Shown here piece by piece: positions 51,541 to 64,000 of a stretch of DNA of 64,000 nucleotides (its first letter is position 1; the number at the start of each line of letters is the position of its first letter). Made by a program: the position numbers and the translations under genes. Source of the stretch: Lama glama (taxonomy: Eukaryota); contig CM052817.1 of the NCBI GenBank assembly GCA_028534125.1, positions 86,554,001 to 86,618,000 on the forward strand. The letters are read 5' to 3'. A model generated the notes under the pieces. The model was not told the DNA's origin. It was given only the letters and a program-made list of their open reading frames with translations, and made no database searches.

Positions 51541-52139
51541 CATAGGCTATCTGAAGTTTACATAAGTGATGCATTCAAAGGGACAGATATTATTTTAATT
51601 GAGCAATGATCTGAGGCATGAGATTCTTTTGTGACTGCTGACCTCATAAGGCAGGCCATATATTTTAAGATGACATAAAAAAATCAAACAACAGTGAATA
51701 ATAATATGACTACTACATTTAAAGGTATATGAACAATTGCTTTTAACAGCAGCCTTTTATTTTTAATCTAGTTACTTCTTACATGAACAACATTGTTTGG
51801 TCATTAGTTACTGAACTTATGGTACAGTAGCAACAGGAATTCACCTAAGCTTTCCTAGATGGAATTTTAAGTTTCTCTCTCATATGCATGTTTTAAATTT
51901 CTCACTTGTTGCCTATCACTGTCTCTATCCCTTTCTCTAAAGGTGCATGTATCTACACATTCAACACTAAAAATGGAGACACCAGACTTAATAGTGAACT
52001 CAGGATAATCAGATAGTCAACGAAAGAATCTTGATGCCTTTCTGAATTTTACAAATATAACACAAAGTAATTGTATTCTTTTTAATTCAGAGAAAAATTG
52101 CTAAAATAAAATGTATATGTGACTATTTCATGGATACTG

Positions 52140-52533
52140 TGTTACAACCATAAATAATTTTCCAAAGGTTGATAACAACCTGTCAGCAATAGTGAAAGCA
52201 AAAGATGAATGTGTTTAAGTGTTACCTGTGTTAAGTTAATTACACAGGCCGTTAGATTGAGGTGCCTATGTGAACAAACTAAAATCGAAGCCTCTAAATG
52301 CCTCGAGGTTACAAAATCAAAACCTAAGGAAAACCAATCACAAACAGCCAAGTAGGCTTTAAATTATAGCCAATGAATAATTTCCTTACTTTGCTTCAGC
52401 CTTTTCCCTAAAAAAGTCTTCCCTCCAGCATTTGTTGGTGGAACACTCTAACCACAGGTACTGCCTATTCCAATTGTTTTTTGCTCAAATAAACTCTTTA
52501 TCATTTTTCATTTGTCTCAGTTTATCTTTTAAC
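52140..52533 (+). mobile_element. ERV1-class solo LTR (MER34/MER39-like)
   Basis: tgtta start, aaaccaatca, ctcaaataaactcttta...tctcagtttatctttta. Confidence 0.75.
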
Positions 52534-55500
52534 TCCTGTCTCTTTGAGTGTATCACCAATGTGAATCTTGTATATAGCAAGTGTGGCAGAGGCAAAAATA
52601 ACACCCTCAGATATTTCCCCCAGCCTTTCACGTGACCGACCTGGCAAATGGGAACATTTGTAAAATGAAGGTTTTTTTTTTCAACCTGAAGAAATGTTGG
52701 AGTATTTTAGGAACCAAGACAGTATCCTCAAGATTTTGTTTAGCGACTTGGATGAAAACATGAGTTGAATTATATAAATCTTTGCCCTACAAATATGAGT
52801 ATATTTGACTCCATAAACAGACAAGATAAAGTAACCAAAATATCTTTCTTAAAACAGACATATGGAAATAAAGTGGCTACTAGTGGACAGAATTATTAAT
52901 ATTAGTATACTTTCTACTAAAAATTCTGACTATATTACCTGAGTCTATTTTATTTTTATTAATTGAATTTAATTGTTAAATGAATTATTTAAGCAGAGCT
53001 ATGAAATAGTACTTTGGCCTTTATTTGAGAAGCACAGAAGCATGGACAAAAATATAAAGGCTTTTAAAGGATAAAAATTAGCAAGAAGAGCAAAGATCAG
53101 CTATTACCTAATGTATTTTGTTGAAAAAGCAGTAAAAAATATTCTTTGACCATGAACACAGTGCATTCTGTTCTCATATATTCTCTTAAAATGTCCTGGA
53201 GAGGATTAGAATATCTTTGAGACCACGAAAGCTAGTTACTTTCTGGCAAAATGTTTCTGGTTTGCTTTAAGAAGAAAAGTTAAGTTTATGTTTAAATATG
53301 AGTAGGAAAATAATTGTTATTATATTAGAAATAGAAATCCTGACACACTTTAGCCTTCTTTTGAAGTAATCACATAAACTTACAGGGTTTTTTTTTTTAA
53401 CTTAGATCAGAAAGTCATACTACTATTTGCACTACATACGATGAAAATTAGCATTAATGTATTCAGAAATTTATTCTATTTTGAACTATTCTCCTTTTCA
53501 CATTTAACACCTACTACCTGGGAAATGTCAGCCTTCTGATAAGTGAAGTGTAACAGATAGCAATCACATAATATGTAATAATTCTCTTTTCAGATTCTAG
53601 GACCCAGAATTTTAAGAATGACTCTTTCCCTCAAAAGGAGGGTTGAATTGGGAGTGGCGAGGTGTGAGGAGAACAGGACACAAGCCGGAAAGACTGTCAG
53701 GTAACCAAGAGAAACGGGATAAGTGACTTAATGTCCTGAATAGGAAGAAACTGGAATTTTGACACGTTAGAAAAAACTGCCTAATTTCATGAGTCTTTTG
53801 CTATTTTGCCTTTTAAGTGTCTGCTAAATATTCTTTTTTTTTTGTGCTTTGCTCACTCTTTACTATGAAGTATTCCCAACATAAAAAAAATGCAGAAATG
53901 AACACAATGAATATCCCTGCATGTTCTTAAAAATAAAATATTCAATCTTAGTTACACCGTGGCTATTTAACTCTTAGTGACAATATTTGCACAGGTTTAT
54001 ATATGTATTTTTAAAAGTCATAGTATTTCAAAAGTGAAATATTTTTATCCATGGCAGAAATTCAGGAACTTGAATTATAAATTTAAAAATTATCTAAGTC
54101 GCATCTATTGAGAAAAATATAAATGAATATAATTGATTCACACTAGAAACAGTGATGCATTAAAAAATAAATGGTAATCAAACTTGTTGTTTTCTCATCC
54201 CTTTAGTACTTTATAGTTACTTTAGAAAATACTTGAATCTTCGTATAAACAATATCTGCCATTGAATAAAAGACTAAGGAAAACTTTTTAAGAACATAAT
54301 TTTAAAGCCAAGCAATACTTCAGAGACTCCATAATTATTGTGTATATGAACACTGAAATCTTCCTGCTGTGACAGTAATGACCAAATTGTTTCAAAACAC
54401 ACACAGACTTCTCTAATCAAAAACATATGATAATAAGGTACCAAGAAAAGCCCTCGTCCTAGAAAAAAGAATTGCAATAATCTTCTTGAAGACGACACCC
54501 CTCCTTTCTCCACTTCACTATTAACACCTTTCAGAGGGCAGGCTCAGTTATATCTTACTGTGCTAAAACCATTCAGCCTGATTGAAAAGAAATATAAGTC
54601 ATCTAAAGCATAACTGAAAAATTCAGTGGAAGCGCAATCTGTTATTCTCTTTTCTAATGTCATTTTAAAGATGTAGAAAAGCCAATGTGGGAAGCATCTT
54701 ATTTCTCTTGTGAGGTCATTTTTTTTCCCCTTAGAGAAATCCCTAACCACCAAATGACAGTTTTGATCATATACCTAGAAAGAAACACTCAAAGCCCAGC
54801 TTCCTGTCTCTTTGAAGAATAGTTTTCCCATCATAAAATAATCTCATTTGGAAATGATTTTTTAAATTTGATTTATGCAAAACATATCCCAGTGCCCTGA
54901 AAAACCTGCGTTTGTGGTTGTTATACCACAGATAGAGGAGAAACTGCTTATCAGCGAGCTGTTGCAAAATGGCAACGGGAACTGCGGCTGGGATTAAGGG
55001 AGCTGGTGAAGCAGAGCACACCGTGAAAGACATAAAACATGTTACAAGGCTCATGGGCATTATTGACAGGTTTCCACTGCTTTTTTGATAGGATTCTATT
55101 CAGCAGGAATCTCGTTTGTAAAGAACCCTTTCATTTAAACATAATAAAATGCCCCATTCAATTAGGGGGAGCCCCAAATGTTTTCCCACTAATTCAGGTC
55201 TGTGTAGGGAACTGAATCGTTGCTATGAAATCTTTTGAAACATTTTTTGGCTTGTTACATTAAACCAAACCTTGAAGTAAAGAAACAGGAGAGAGATGTT
55301 TTTAGACTAAGTAAGGTTTATTTATATTTGAAATTCAGCAAGCATTTGCACAAACCAAGAGTTTTAGGATGACACATTTCTTCAATTAAGGAAAAAGCAG
55401 TATTTCTTTTTGTTAAATCTATTATCACTCTAGAAAAACTACTATTTCCATAAATAAATACTGTCATAAGAACCCAATACTTAAAATTAAACACTTTATT

Positions 55501-57609
55501 CCTTTAAAATAGAAGTGTGCTGTATAATCTTGTAATGGCAGCATGGTCAAGTCACACATATTTTCCAAAATGATTAGTAAGTCTCTTTGTAAATGAGGAA
55601 ATGACACATAAAGAAAAGTGGAAGCCTTAATTTCAAGTATGAGTGTGAAAGGAAGGGTCCTTTTCTTTTAATAATTAATGCACGTCACTTCTCTGTCTCC
55701 ACCACACAGCAGAACCATCCAAAGAAATAGCAGTCACCAACAAGAGTTCTTAGATTCCATACAGAGAGATTCTAATGCAACTGAGTGTTGATAACTGCCC
55801 TAAACCAAGGGAGAAAACCAAGTAAAACATGAATGTGGGCAGAAATCTTGTGTATAGTTCTAATTCTAATTCCATAATTGCACTTTTTAGGTTCAGAATT
55901 TTTATTTTCAGGTGAAGTTAAGATTCTGCTAATGGTCTAGAGATAAACTATCTTAATATTAACCATTTTCTTTTAACTATCACCTAACGTACAAAGTGCC
56001 AAATGAAATTGTAATTTTAACATCAATTATAAGTGTGGGGGATATTTTTAACTCTTTATTGATATGTGAAGATCAACACTGAAAAAGCATTTTCAGTTAA
56101 TACAAGAGGTGACATTTCTACTACAAAGTGACAAAAGAAGCACTCATGCAAGCTGACTTGAAAATTACCTTAGATGCTCTTTTAAGAAAATGTTCTAAAC
56201 ACCTGTATCTCTCAGTTACAGTACTGATACATTTCACAGCTGCTATATGAAGAAGCAGTTCACAAGACCCAAAGTCTGCAGTAGCCAGTGAGTGATAACT
56301 TACTGCATCCTATGTACCTCATGCAAAATTTTACTGTAAAATTCTAAATATAATGAGTTTTTTAAAAATATTTATACAATATCCAGTTTCAAAACTTATC
56401 CAATTATATTGGACAGTAACTAACTAATATGTATGTCTAGGCCTTTGCACTACATATTATCTTTTACACGATACACAGCCAGAGTCATAGCTTACACTCT
56501 GCCTGATACTGACATTGTTAATAACGTCCTTCTGCTGTATCACCACCCTCTTGCACACCCGTTTCTTCCAATTCACCGTCACTGTCATCTTGTGAAATGC
56601 CTTCTTTCATGAAGTAGAATGTGATTCATGAAACTGGATTTTCATTGGAAAAAATATTCCAACTGCTATTTATCAACAATTTTAACACTGAAAGAAACAT
56701 GTATTATTAACATTCCACCCTCAGAAGTTCCGGGAACACAAGAAGAGTTACAAAGAGTGTTCTTTTTGCTTCTTCTACTGCTTAATAATTTTCATAGTGT
56801 CAGCCTTTCTTTGCTGTCAGTTTACCTGCCTGCCCCACCGAGATGTCTATTATTTCTAGTCCATGGGGAAAGTAGGGATTAGACTTATCTGAATTGGCCT
56901 CTTTTTCTATGCCTTCATTAATATCTCATTTGGAAAATAACTCAATAAATTCAAAAAGAAATTATGTCAGAAAACACATAAGCTTGACAACATCTGAGAA
57001 GCTGGACATCTTTCAAGAGTTTGCGAACGAGGTATTCAAATTTGAATAGGAATAGTCAGATATTCCAAGTCATATATCTGAGCATATTAACATTCTCAAA
57101 ATAGTCAACATACAACAAAGAACACATTCCAAGTGGTGTTTTCCTTTATATGTTTTATTTTGTCTTGCTTTTCCTCAGAAATTATTTTCCAACCATTTCA
57201 TTTCCTTTACGTTCATATTTTCTAGACCCATATATTTAATATATCATAATATCTCTTTCCAAACAGAACACAGTGCTCCCTATTAAGATTTTTAACTTTT
57301 TAAGAGTGTTTGACTTCTATTTGTGTAATTTCTACTTGAAGGCTGTTAGGGCAGTAATTTACAGCTTAACAACTTCCAACAAGTGCTCAGTGTAGCCTGA
57401 AGATGCTCCAGTGTACTGGCACATCTTTCTAAAGGATTTTCAAAAAACTGAAGAGTTGTCTTCTTTTAAACAGTTGCTTCTTTCTCTGTTTCTCAGCTTT
57501 CTCCAGAACAAGGCAGCCTCTTCATTTTCTGCAGCGTTTTCCATCTGTCACTGGCATAGTAGTACATGCGCTCTTGGTCTAGAGGTTTGCTTGCATTTGC
57601 AGCATCCTG

Positions 57610-58100
57610 ATTATCCTTCTCATCATTATCTTTGAAGCCAAACGAAAATGATATCCTATAACTGTGGGTCTGTGAGTTGTTTTGGAACAGGATGTCTCAG
57701 CCTGTCAGCATTGTTCTGTAATTGCTTTCTAACTGGATTTATGTTTGCACCTGAATTTGGGTGAGCCTGGGGGTTGGGTGGGGAATTTTAAGATTAAGGC
57801 TGCCCATGTAGCTAGAATATGTCTGTATATCAGCTCATTGTGAGAGCTCTACCTCAAGCTGATTCTGAACTTTCCCGTGGAGAGGTGCTTTGTCCTAATG
57901 CTGGGTAGCTAGAGACTTGGCGACAAAGACAATAGTGGAAACACAAAGACCATCATTCCTGAGTTCTTAGGTTCCCATTAACGTATACCCATGTCCCACT
58001 GCTGAACTCTGTACTTTGATTGTGATAACGCTATTCCAGGTGTAAAAACTGGGGGAGTTTCAGAGTCTATTTAGCATCTGATTACCTAAGCTGATCCAAG
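57610..58100 (+). mobile_element. MER68/MER77-like ERVL LTR remnant
   Basis: ctgaactttcccgtgg...ctgtactttgattgtgataa...gagtctatttagc. Confidence 0.45.
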
Positions 58101-60143
58101 TTTACCTAATTAATGCACTTTCTCATAGAAGACTATCTGTACACGAAGATAAATAATTTTCCTCTGAAAATATTGCTATAACACCGCAAATGTCTCTTCA
58201 TTAGCACTTTGCACTGATACAATTTGCAAATTTTAATTAATTTTTACTGTTGATTTTTCCCACTACATAGATTTCATGAGGACAAGAGCCATCTCTATGG
58301 AACATGACAGAGAGCTCAAGAAATATTTCTTGACTGGCTGAAGAATAATGAGATTGAAACAGAATCATAAAGATGTGAGGAAAACTGGATATATTTAAGT
58401 CACTGTGGAGTAACCAGTAAGGAGAGGTAAAAATTATGATGGAGTATAGTTAAACTACAGAACACATTTCTATATTCTGGTATATGTGGAAGAATTGTTA
58501 CAACAATGGAATAATGGAAGAAATGTTTTCAATAGTACAAAAGAATTTTACCCAGAAGAAACTCTAACAGAAAGAGAAAAGGAAAAGGGAATAGTTTAGG
58601 AGAAGATATAGGAATGTCAGGACTCTTATTTAATAAATTTATTTTCATTCTGAAGGAGAAGATGAGATTTTTGAGTGAAGGAAGAGGTATTAAAGTTAGA
58701 AGTTGGAACTTGCTGGAGAAGATGTGAAATATAAGCCATAAAGAATAGGAAGAGAGCCTAGTAATGGTGCCATTTACTAATGTTATTGCCCAGGTCTCTG
58801 CAGGAGGAATTGTCATAGGAATGTGGTGCTTACAGTAATAACATTGTGAGGCGTTGTGTTTTAAAAGTTGGAAAATAATTATTGTTGCAAACTGCAGTGT
58901 TCATCGTATTAATACAGTGAAACACATTACGAATTTCCAATTGGCAAATATTACATGTAATGTTTACTATGTTTACTTAAAACCATTTTTCTTAAAGATC
59001 ATGCACATGAGAACATTTTTTGTTAAATTAAAATAAAAAAAGAAAATCCAGAAATCCATGGAAAAGCAATAAAGCTTTATTTTAAAAAGAAAAAAAGAAG
59101 TAAGAGACTGATGAATATAAGATTCAGAAAAATGTTAACTTCATTAAGAAGAAGCCAGGTGGATGGGATGAGAGTGGCAATATGTTTACATCAGTTATCA
59201 TCAAGGTCTCGGATTTGTTCGTGTGGTAGGTTCATGAGTGCTTTTTACATTTAGAGAAATATGCCTACAAAAAAAAAAACTCACTAATAAAGTAATACAT
59301 AAAAGAAGCCAGGCATGGATCTATGACTATATTGTGTCATGAAACTATGATTAAGAAGTATTCAACTACGTGCATATACAGTGAAAGTAATAATAAAATT
59401 AAATAAGGAAAACAATTTTATTCCCAAAGAATTACGTGTATATGCACCTTAAATCAATGGATTTCCAAAGAGCACACTGAGAAGGCTTATTTGTAAGAAG
59501 CTATGTCTCTACGTCAGAAGAACAGTGAAGGGTTTGATCTCTTCATCCCAAATAGGAAATCTCTGCAAACAAATAGCCTAATAAAAACCAGTATGTTCAA
59601 TAATGAGTAGCAACACAGGAAATGTTAGATCACTGTTATAATATTGTTATTAGGATAATTTGAGGAGAGAAATGAAACTTTCATACCATCAAATAATTAT
59701 TTAAATAGAAAAAGCCTTTTCAGAGCAAGTGGTAAGCAAATATTCTGTCATGAATTAATGAACACAAACACATTGAAGTTTGCAATCAGTCTTATGAAGG
59801 GAGATCACAAAGCAGAAGTGTGAAGTTAGAGAAAAAATGATGAGAAAGTATGAAGACATGAAACATGAATTTGTAAGACCTTGGTAAAAATTGAAAAAAA
59901 AAATAAAACCATCAGACAAATGAAGATTAAATTAGAAGTGATACTTGGGAGAGTCCATCAAAGAAAATACAGAAGTGACTTGGAGAATAAAAATGAGAAA
60001 ACTGACTCAAACACAGTCAAAATTTTAAAAAGAATTGTAAAAATGGAAATTCATTTTTAAGAAGCTTGGGGAAAAGTACATTCTATATTGTGCTTGCTAG
60101 GAATACAGACTGATACAGCACCCATGGAGAGCAGTATTATGTA

Positions 60144-60361
60144 CAGTTGACCCTTGAACAGTTTGGATGTGAACCACACGGGTCCACTTATACTCGAATT
60201 TTTTTCAGTAGAAATACTCCAGCACTATTCCATCCATGGTTGAGTTCCCGGAGACAGAGGAACTCACGTTGTATGCAGAGAGTCGACCCTAAGTTATATG
60301 CAGATTCTCAACTCTGTGGAAGGTAGGTCCCCCTAACCCCACCTGAGTTCAAGGGTCACTG
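60144..60361. mobile_element. Tigger2-family MITE (TcMar)
   Basis: TIRs cagttgacccttgaac / gttcaagggtcactg flanked by TA on both sides. Confidence 0.9.
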
Positions 60362-61039
60362 TATTTATAATATCTAAGTTACAAAATAATAGAATATAAC
60401 CTTTAACCAAAAAATTTTGCTTTGGAGAATTCCTCATACAGATATACTTACGTGAATGATGTTCATTACAACCTTGTTTGTAAGATCAGAATAGTGTAAC
60501 CTAAACAATGAAATGAATTAATTAGAAAATGTATACATCCAAACAGTGGAAACTGTTACAGCTCTAAAAAGGGTTAATTAATGTCTCTATGCCCTGAAAT
60601 AGAAATGTTCTTTACATATTTTGGAAGGGAAAGGAAAAGTGATGAACTATGTAAATACTTATTATCTTTGTTAGAAAATAAGGAAGGGATCAGAATCTCT
60701 GCACTCGTTCACTTGTATAAACATAAAAAACCTGTGGCCAGATTGCTAAGAATCCATGAAGGTTGGGGACAGACAGCTGCATAGAAATATAAGAATCAAT
60801 ATTGATTATTCAGCATTTTTAACATTTAATTCTGACTTACATAATTGCATTAGATTTTTTTCAAAGCTAACAAAATACAAAGCTAATAAATAAAATAAAA
60901 GGGATGTTATGTGGTGGTTTAAGCAGTGAAATGACATAATCTGTATTATGAATACGAATGCACTTCATGGAGACAATGAATCTGAAATGAAGTGGATGAA
61001 TTTAGGATAAGTCTTGAGGGAAAAGCTATACAAATTTTG

Positions 61040-61320
61040 GATGGTTTCATTTACTTATTCCTTTGACAGATGTTTATTAAGTACCTGATACATGTTAAGA
61101 CTGTTTAAAGGCACTGTTCATTAGATGTTAGCCCAGAGGTGAAAAGGGAAGAATCAAGGGTGACTTGAGGGACAGTACTGAAAATTATTGAACACAACAG
61201 AGGTGTCATATCAGTCCTGATGAGAAGTGCTGGTGTAGGAAGAAACTTGAGAAGAGAGTTCCAATTTGAATATATACTTTTGAGATGTCTTTTTGACATT
61301 CAGATGGAGATGTTAAGGTA
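61040..61320 (-). mobile_element. L2 fragments
   Basis: tcatttacttattc...tttattaagtacct; tttgagatgtctttttgacattcagatggagatg. Confidence 0.65.
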
Positions 61321-62699
61321 AATATATTAGTACATGATTTTTTTTTCATATTTTAAAAATCTTATTTCTCAGATACTTGTCTTCAAAAATATGGTGAGAC
61401 ACACTATGTTTCTCTGTAGGAAAGCTCAGTATCTTAAAAAATGATAATCTATCCTCAATTATACTAGAAATATAATTCAGCCCTAATTAAAGTCCCAGAG
61501 GTTTTTTGGAAAGAACTTTGAATGTTTATTCTAAACTTAATCTAGAAAGAAAAATGTGTGAAAATGGTCAACTCTAAAAAAAAAAAATTAGAATTTTTAT
61601 CACAACAGATATCTAATGTTACTAAATTGCAATTTATACAGCACTCTGGGTTTTGTACAGAAATGATCAAAAAGTGATTTTATTGGTAATGTTATTTCAC
61701 AGTCCTTTGTCAAACAGTGTGAATTTTGAGGCTATTGGGTAGGCTGTGAGCAGTCTAAGCAATTACTCTTTCCTCTGAAACAAGTTTTTTTTTTCCCCCT
61801 CCCTTTGTTTGTTAAAACCGCCTTTGCTGGGAAAATCCTCAAAATATCCAGCTTTCTGGCACTGTCCAGTCTCATTTTGGCTGAGGCTGCTGGCTGCATT
61901 AAGGGCATAACTCTAACATCGTGTCAGCCTTCTCCTTGCTATAGCTCCTGGCGTTGGACACAGATTTTGTAATACCATAGTGCTGCTGCATCCAAATACT
62001 GGGGACCAACACACACGGAATTGATTCCAAATGACGTGTGACAGACATATCTCCTTCATGGTTCACCTTTTGCCTCCAGAGTCCATCTTTTAGCTCAGAA
62101 GATATTGGTAATCTTGCAAGTTTCTCTTATTCATTCTGTCTGGTCCTTCATGCAGTAAGTACATTATTTCAGAACTCCTAAAAAATTGTGGTATGTATAT
62201 AAAAGTCTTAAGTAAAATAAAGAAAGCAAAGCAATACACTATTTTTAGTATTACATGAGCTAGTTTTTAAAATTTTTGAGGAGTGACACCTCTGCTCACA
62301 CTACCATGTGTGGCATTTCCCCCTTACATCTTTATCAATAAAAAGCAAAAAATGAAAAAAAAATGAAATAAAACCCGCACACAAACATACAAATCTTATT
62401 TTTTCTGAGTTTTATTATGCTACCTCAGTTCCTCTGAAATAAGGTATGCGACCTAAACTGGTAAATTGATAAACTGTCTGATATTATGTGGGGTTTTTTT
62501 CGTAAAAAATGGACCTCTAGGGCACTTAAAAAGTAAAATGTTTATTTCATTATGGCTCATAACATGCACACTGGTGAAGTTTTTCTCTCCAGGCCTCCTC
62601 ACAGCCCTCTGTGTCCAGGGCTGTCTCGTATCACTGGGTTCCTTGCTCAGGCGTGGTTAGGGAGCTGTGTACCCTCAGCAAAGGCCTTGTTTGCCTCCA

Positions 62700-63600
62700 T
62701 GGTATAAAAATATACATAAATTAAGGTACATATTAGTGAATTATTATAAGGACACATCTGTTTCACAGCTTACAGTCCAGAAAGAGTGCTGCCAGGATCC
62801 AGGCTCCCCAGGTTCCCTCATTCCCTTTCCAAATCATGATCCCCTAACATTTTCCTGATTTTTATTATAGTCACTTTGAACATATATTTATACTTATGTC
62901 ATCCCCCAGGTGTCTCTAATTATGACTTTTTGGACCAATTTTTTATTTTGTATTAATGGAAGTACACAGTATATTTCTTGTAATGGAGATCGGCTAAAGA
63001 TAAATTTTCTGAACTCTTGCTTATCTGGAAAAATGTGTCTTTGTTTTTGAGGGATATTCTTTCATGTTACACAATTCTAGATTTTTTTTTTCCTTCTGTC
63101 CTTTTAAAGGTGTGATTCCATTGCCTCTAGTTTCCATTGTTTCAGATCAGATGTCAACAATTATTTTTTATTACTGTTTTCTGAATTTAATATGTCCTTC
63201 CTAAATTCTGTTTTTAAGATTATCTCTTTGTCTTTGGTTTTCAGAGGTTTTTCTTCGAGATGCCTAGGTCTGATTTTCTGCTTTTATCTTACTAGAGGTG
63301 TGTTGAACTCCTTGGAACTAAACTCAGTTTAGAGCAGTCTCTATCATTATCTTGTCAAATATTTCTTCTGTCTCATTTTATTGTCCTTCTTGAAATGCAG
63401 TTAGTATGTTAAAATATTTTATATTATGCCACAGGTCTTGGCTAATTTTAATTTTTAAACTATTTTTCCTTATTATGTTTCTGTTTGGATGATACCTATT
63501 ACTCTGCTATCAAGATTACTTACTCTTCCTCTTGTTACATTCAGATCATAAAATGATGTCTTCATTTCTAACAAGATATTTTATGAATAAATAATCTCAT
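62700..63600 (-). mobile_element. Old LINE-1 fragments (ORF1 region and 3' region)
   Basis: ttgcttatctggaaaaatgtgtcttt...ttgagggatatt...ttctgtttggat. Confidence 0.7.
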
Positions 63601-63904
63601 CACCAAGAATGTTATCCTGTGTATATATACTATATATGTAATAAAATATATATAAAATATATGCAATGAAGGTTTTAGAATAAATACATAAGAAAACAGC
63701 ATATAATTGAGAATTGGTTAACTTAATAATGAGAAAGAACAAAGAGAAAGGTACACTAAAATTTCACAAAAAAATTGTCTGCAGATACTTTTAAATTAAA
63801 CATTGTTCAGTATTGAATTAAACATTGGTTCAAAATAAAAGATGAGAGAAATTAAGATTTAAAATAAGGAAATACAGAATTTTTTTAAAAGGAGATTTAC
63901 AGGA

Positions 63905-64000
63905 AGGCAGAATAATGGCTCTCCAGAGATGTCCATATTTAACCCCCAGAATTTGTGAATAGGTTATATGGATGGCAAAAGAGATTTTGCAAATGTGCGT
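63905..64000 (+). mobile_element. MLT1D-like LTR 5' end, cut by window edge
   Basis: ggcagaataatggctctccagagatgtcca...tgtgaataggtta...ggcaaaagagattttgcaaatgtg. Confidence 0.8.

Noticed and set aside
1..64000. CRISPR arrays, rRNA, tRNA or operon-type systems
   Set aside because: None seen; the sequence is mammalian intergenic or intronic DNA.

Overview
Mammalian genomic DNA, most likely camelid (judged from two young L1 3' UTR types), AT-rich and repeat-dense, with one 500-N gap (22330-22829). No intact protein-coding gene is recognisable; the ORF track is mostly noise, L1 remnants or N-gap artefacts. Much of the window is transposable-element debris (L1, L2, MIR, ERV1/ERVL/MaLR LTRs, Tigger and hAT MITEs). 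The main candidate discovery is a heavily decayed endogenous parvoviral element on the minus strand between about 8.3 and 22.1 kb. Motifs resembling protoparvovirus/amdoparvovirus NS1, the VP1 phospholipase A2 domain and the VP2 capsid occur in viral gene order, apparently twice head-to-tail, broken up by L1, MIR and an ERV1-type solo LTR. This call rests on by-eye comparison with remembered parvovirus proteins. Single motifs are individually weak, so a frameshift-aware profile search is needed. There is also one orphan minus-strand exon with coding-like codon usage, several plus-strand candidate non-coding exons, and some enhancer-like unique blocks. Repeat family names and most boundaries are approximate.
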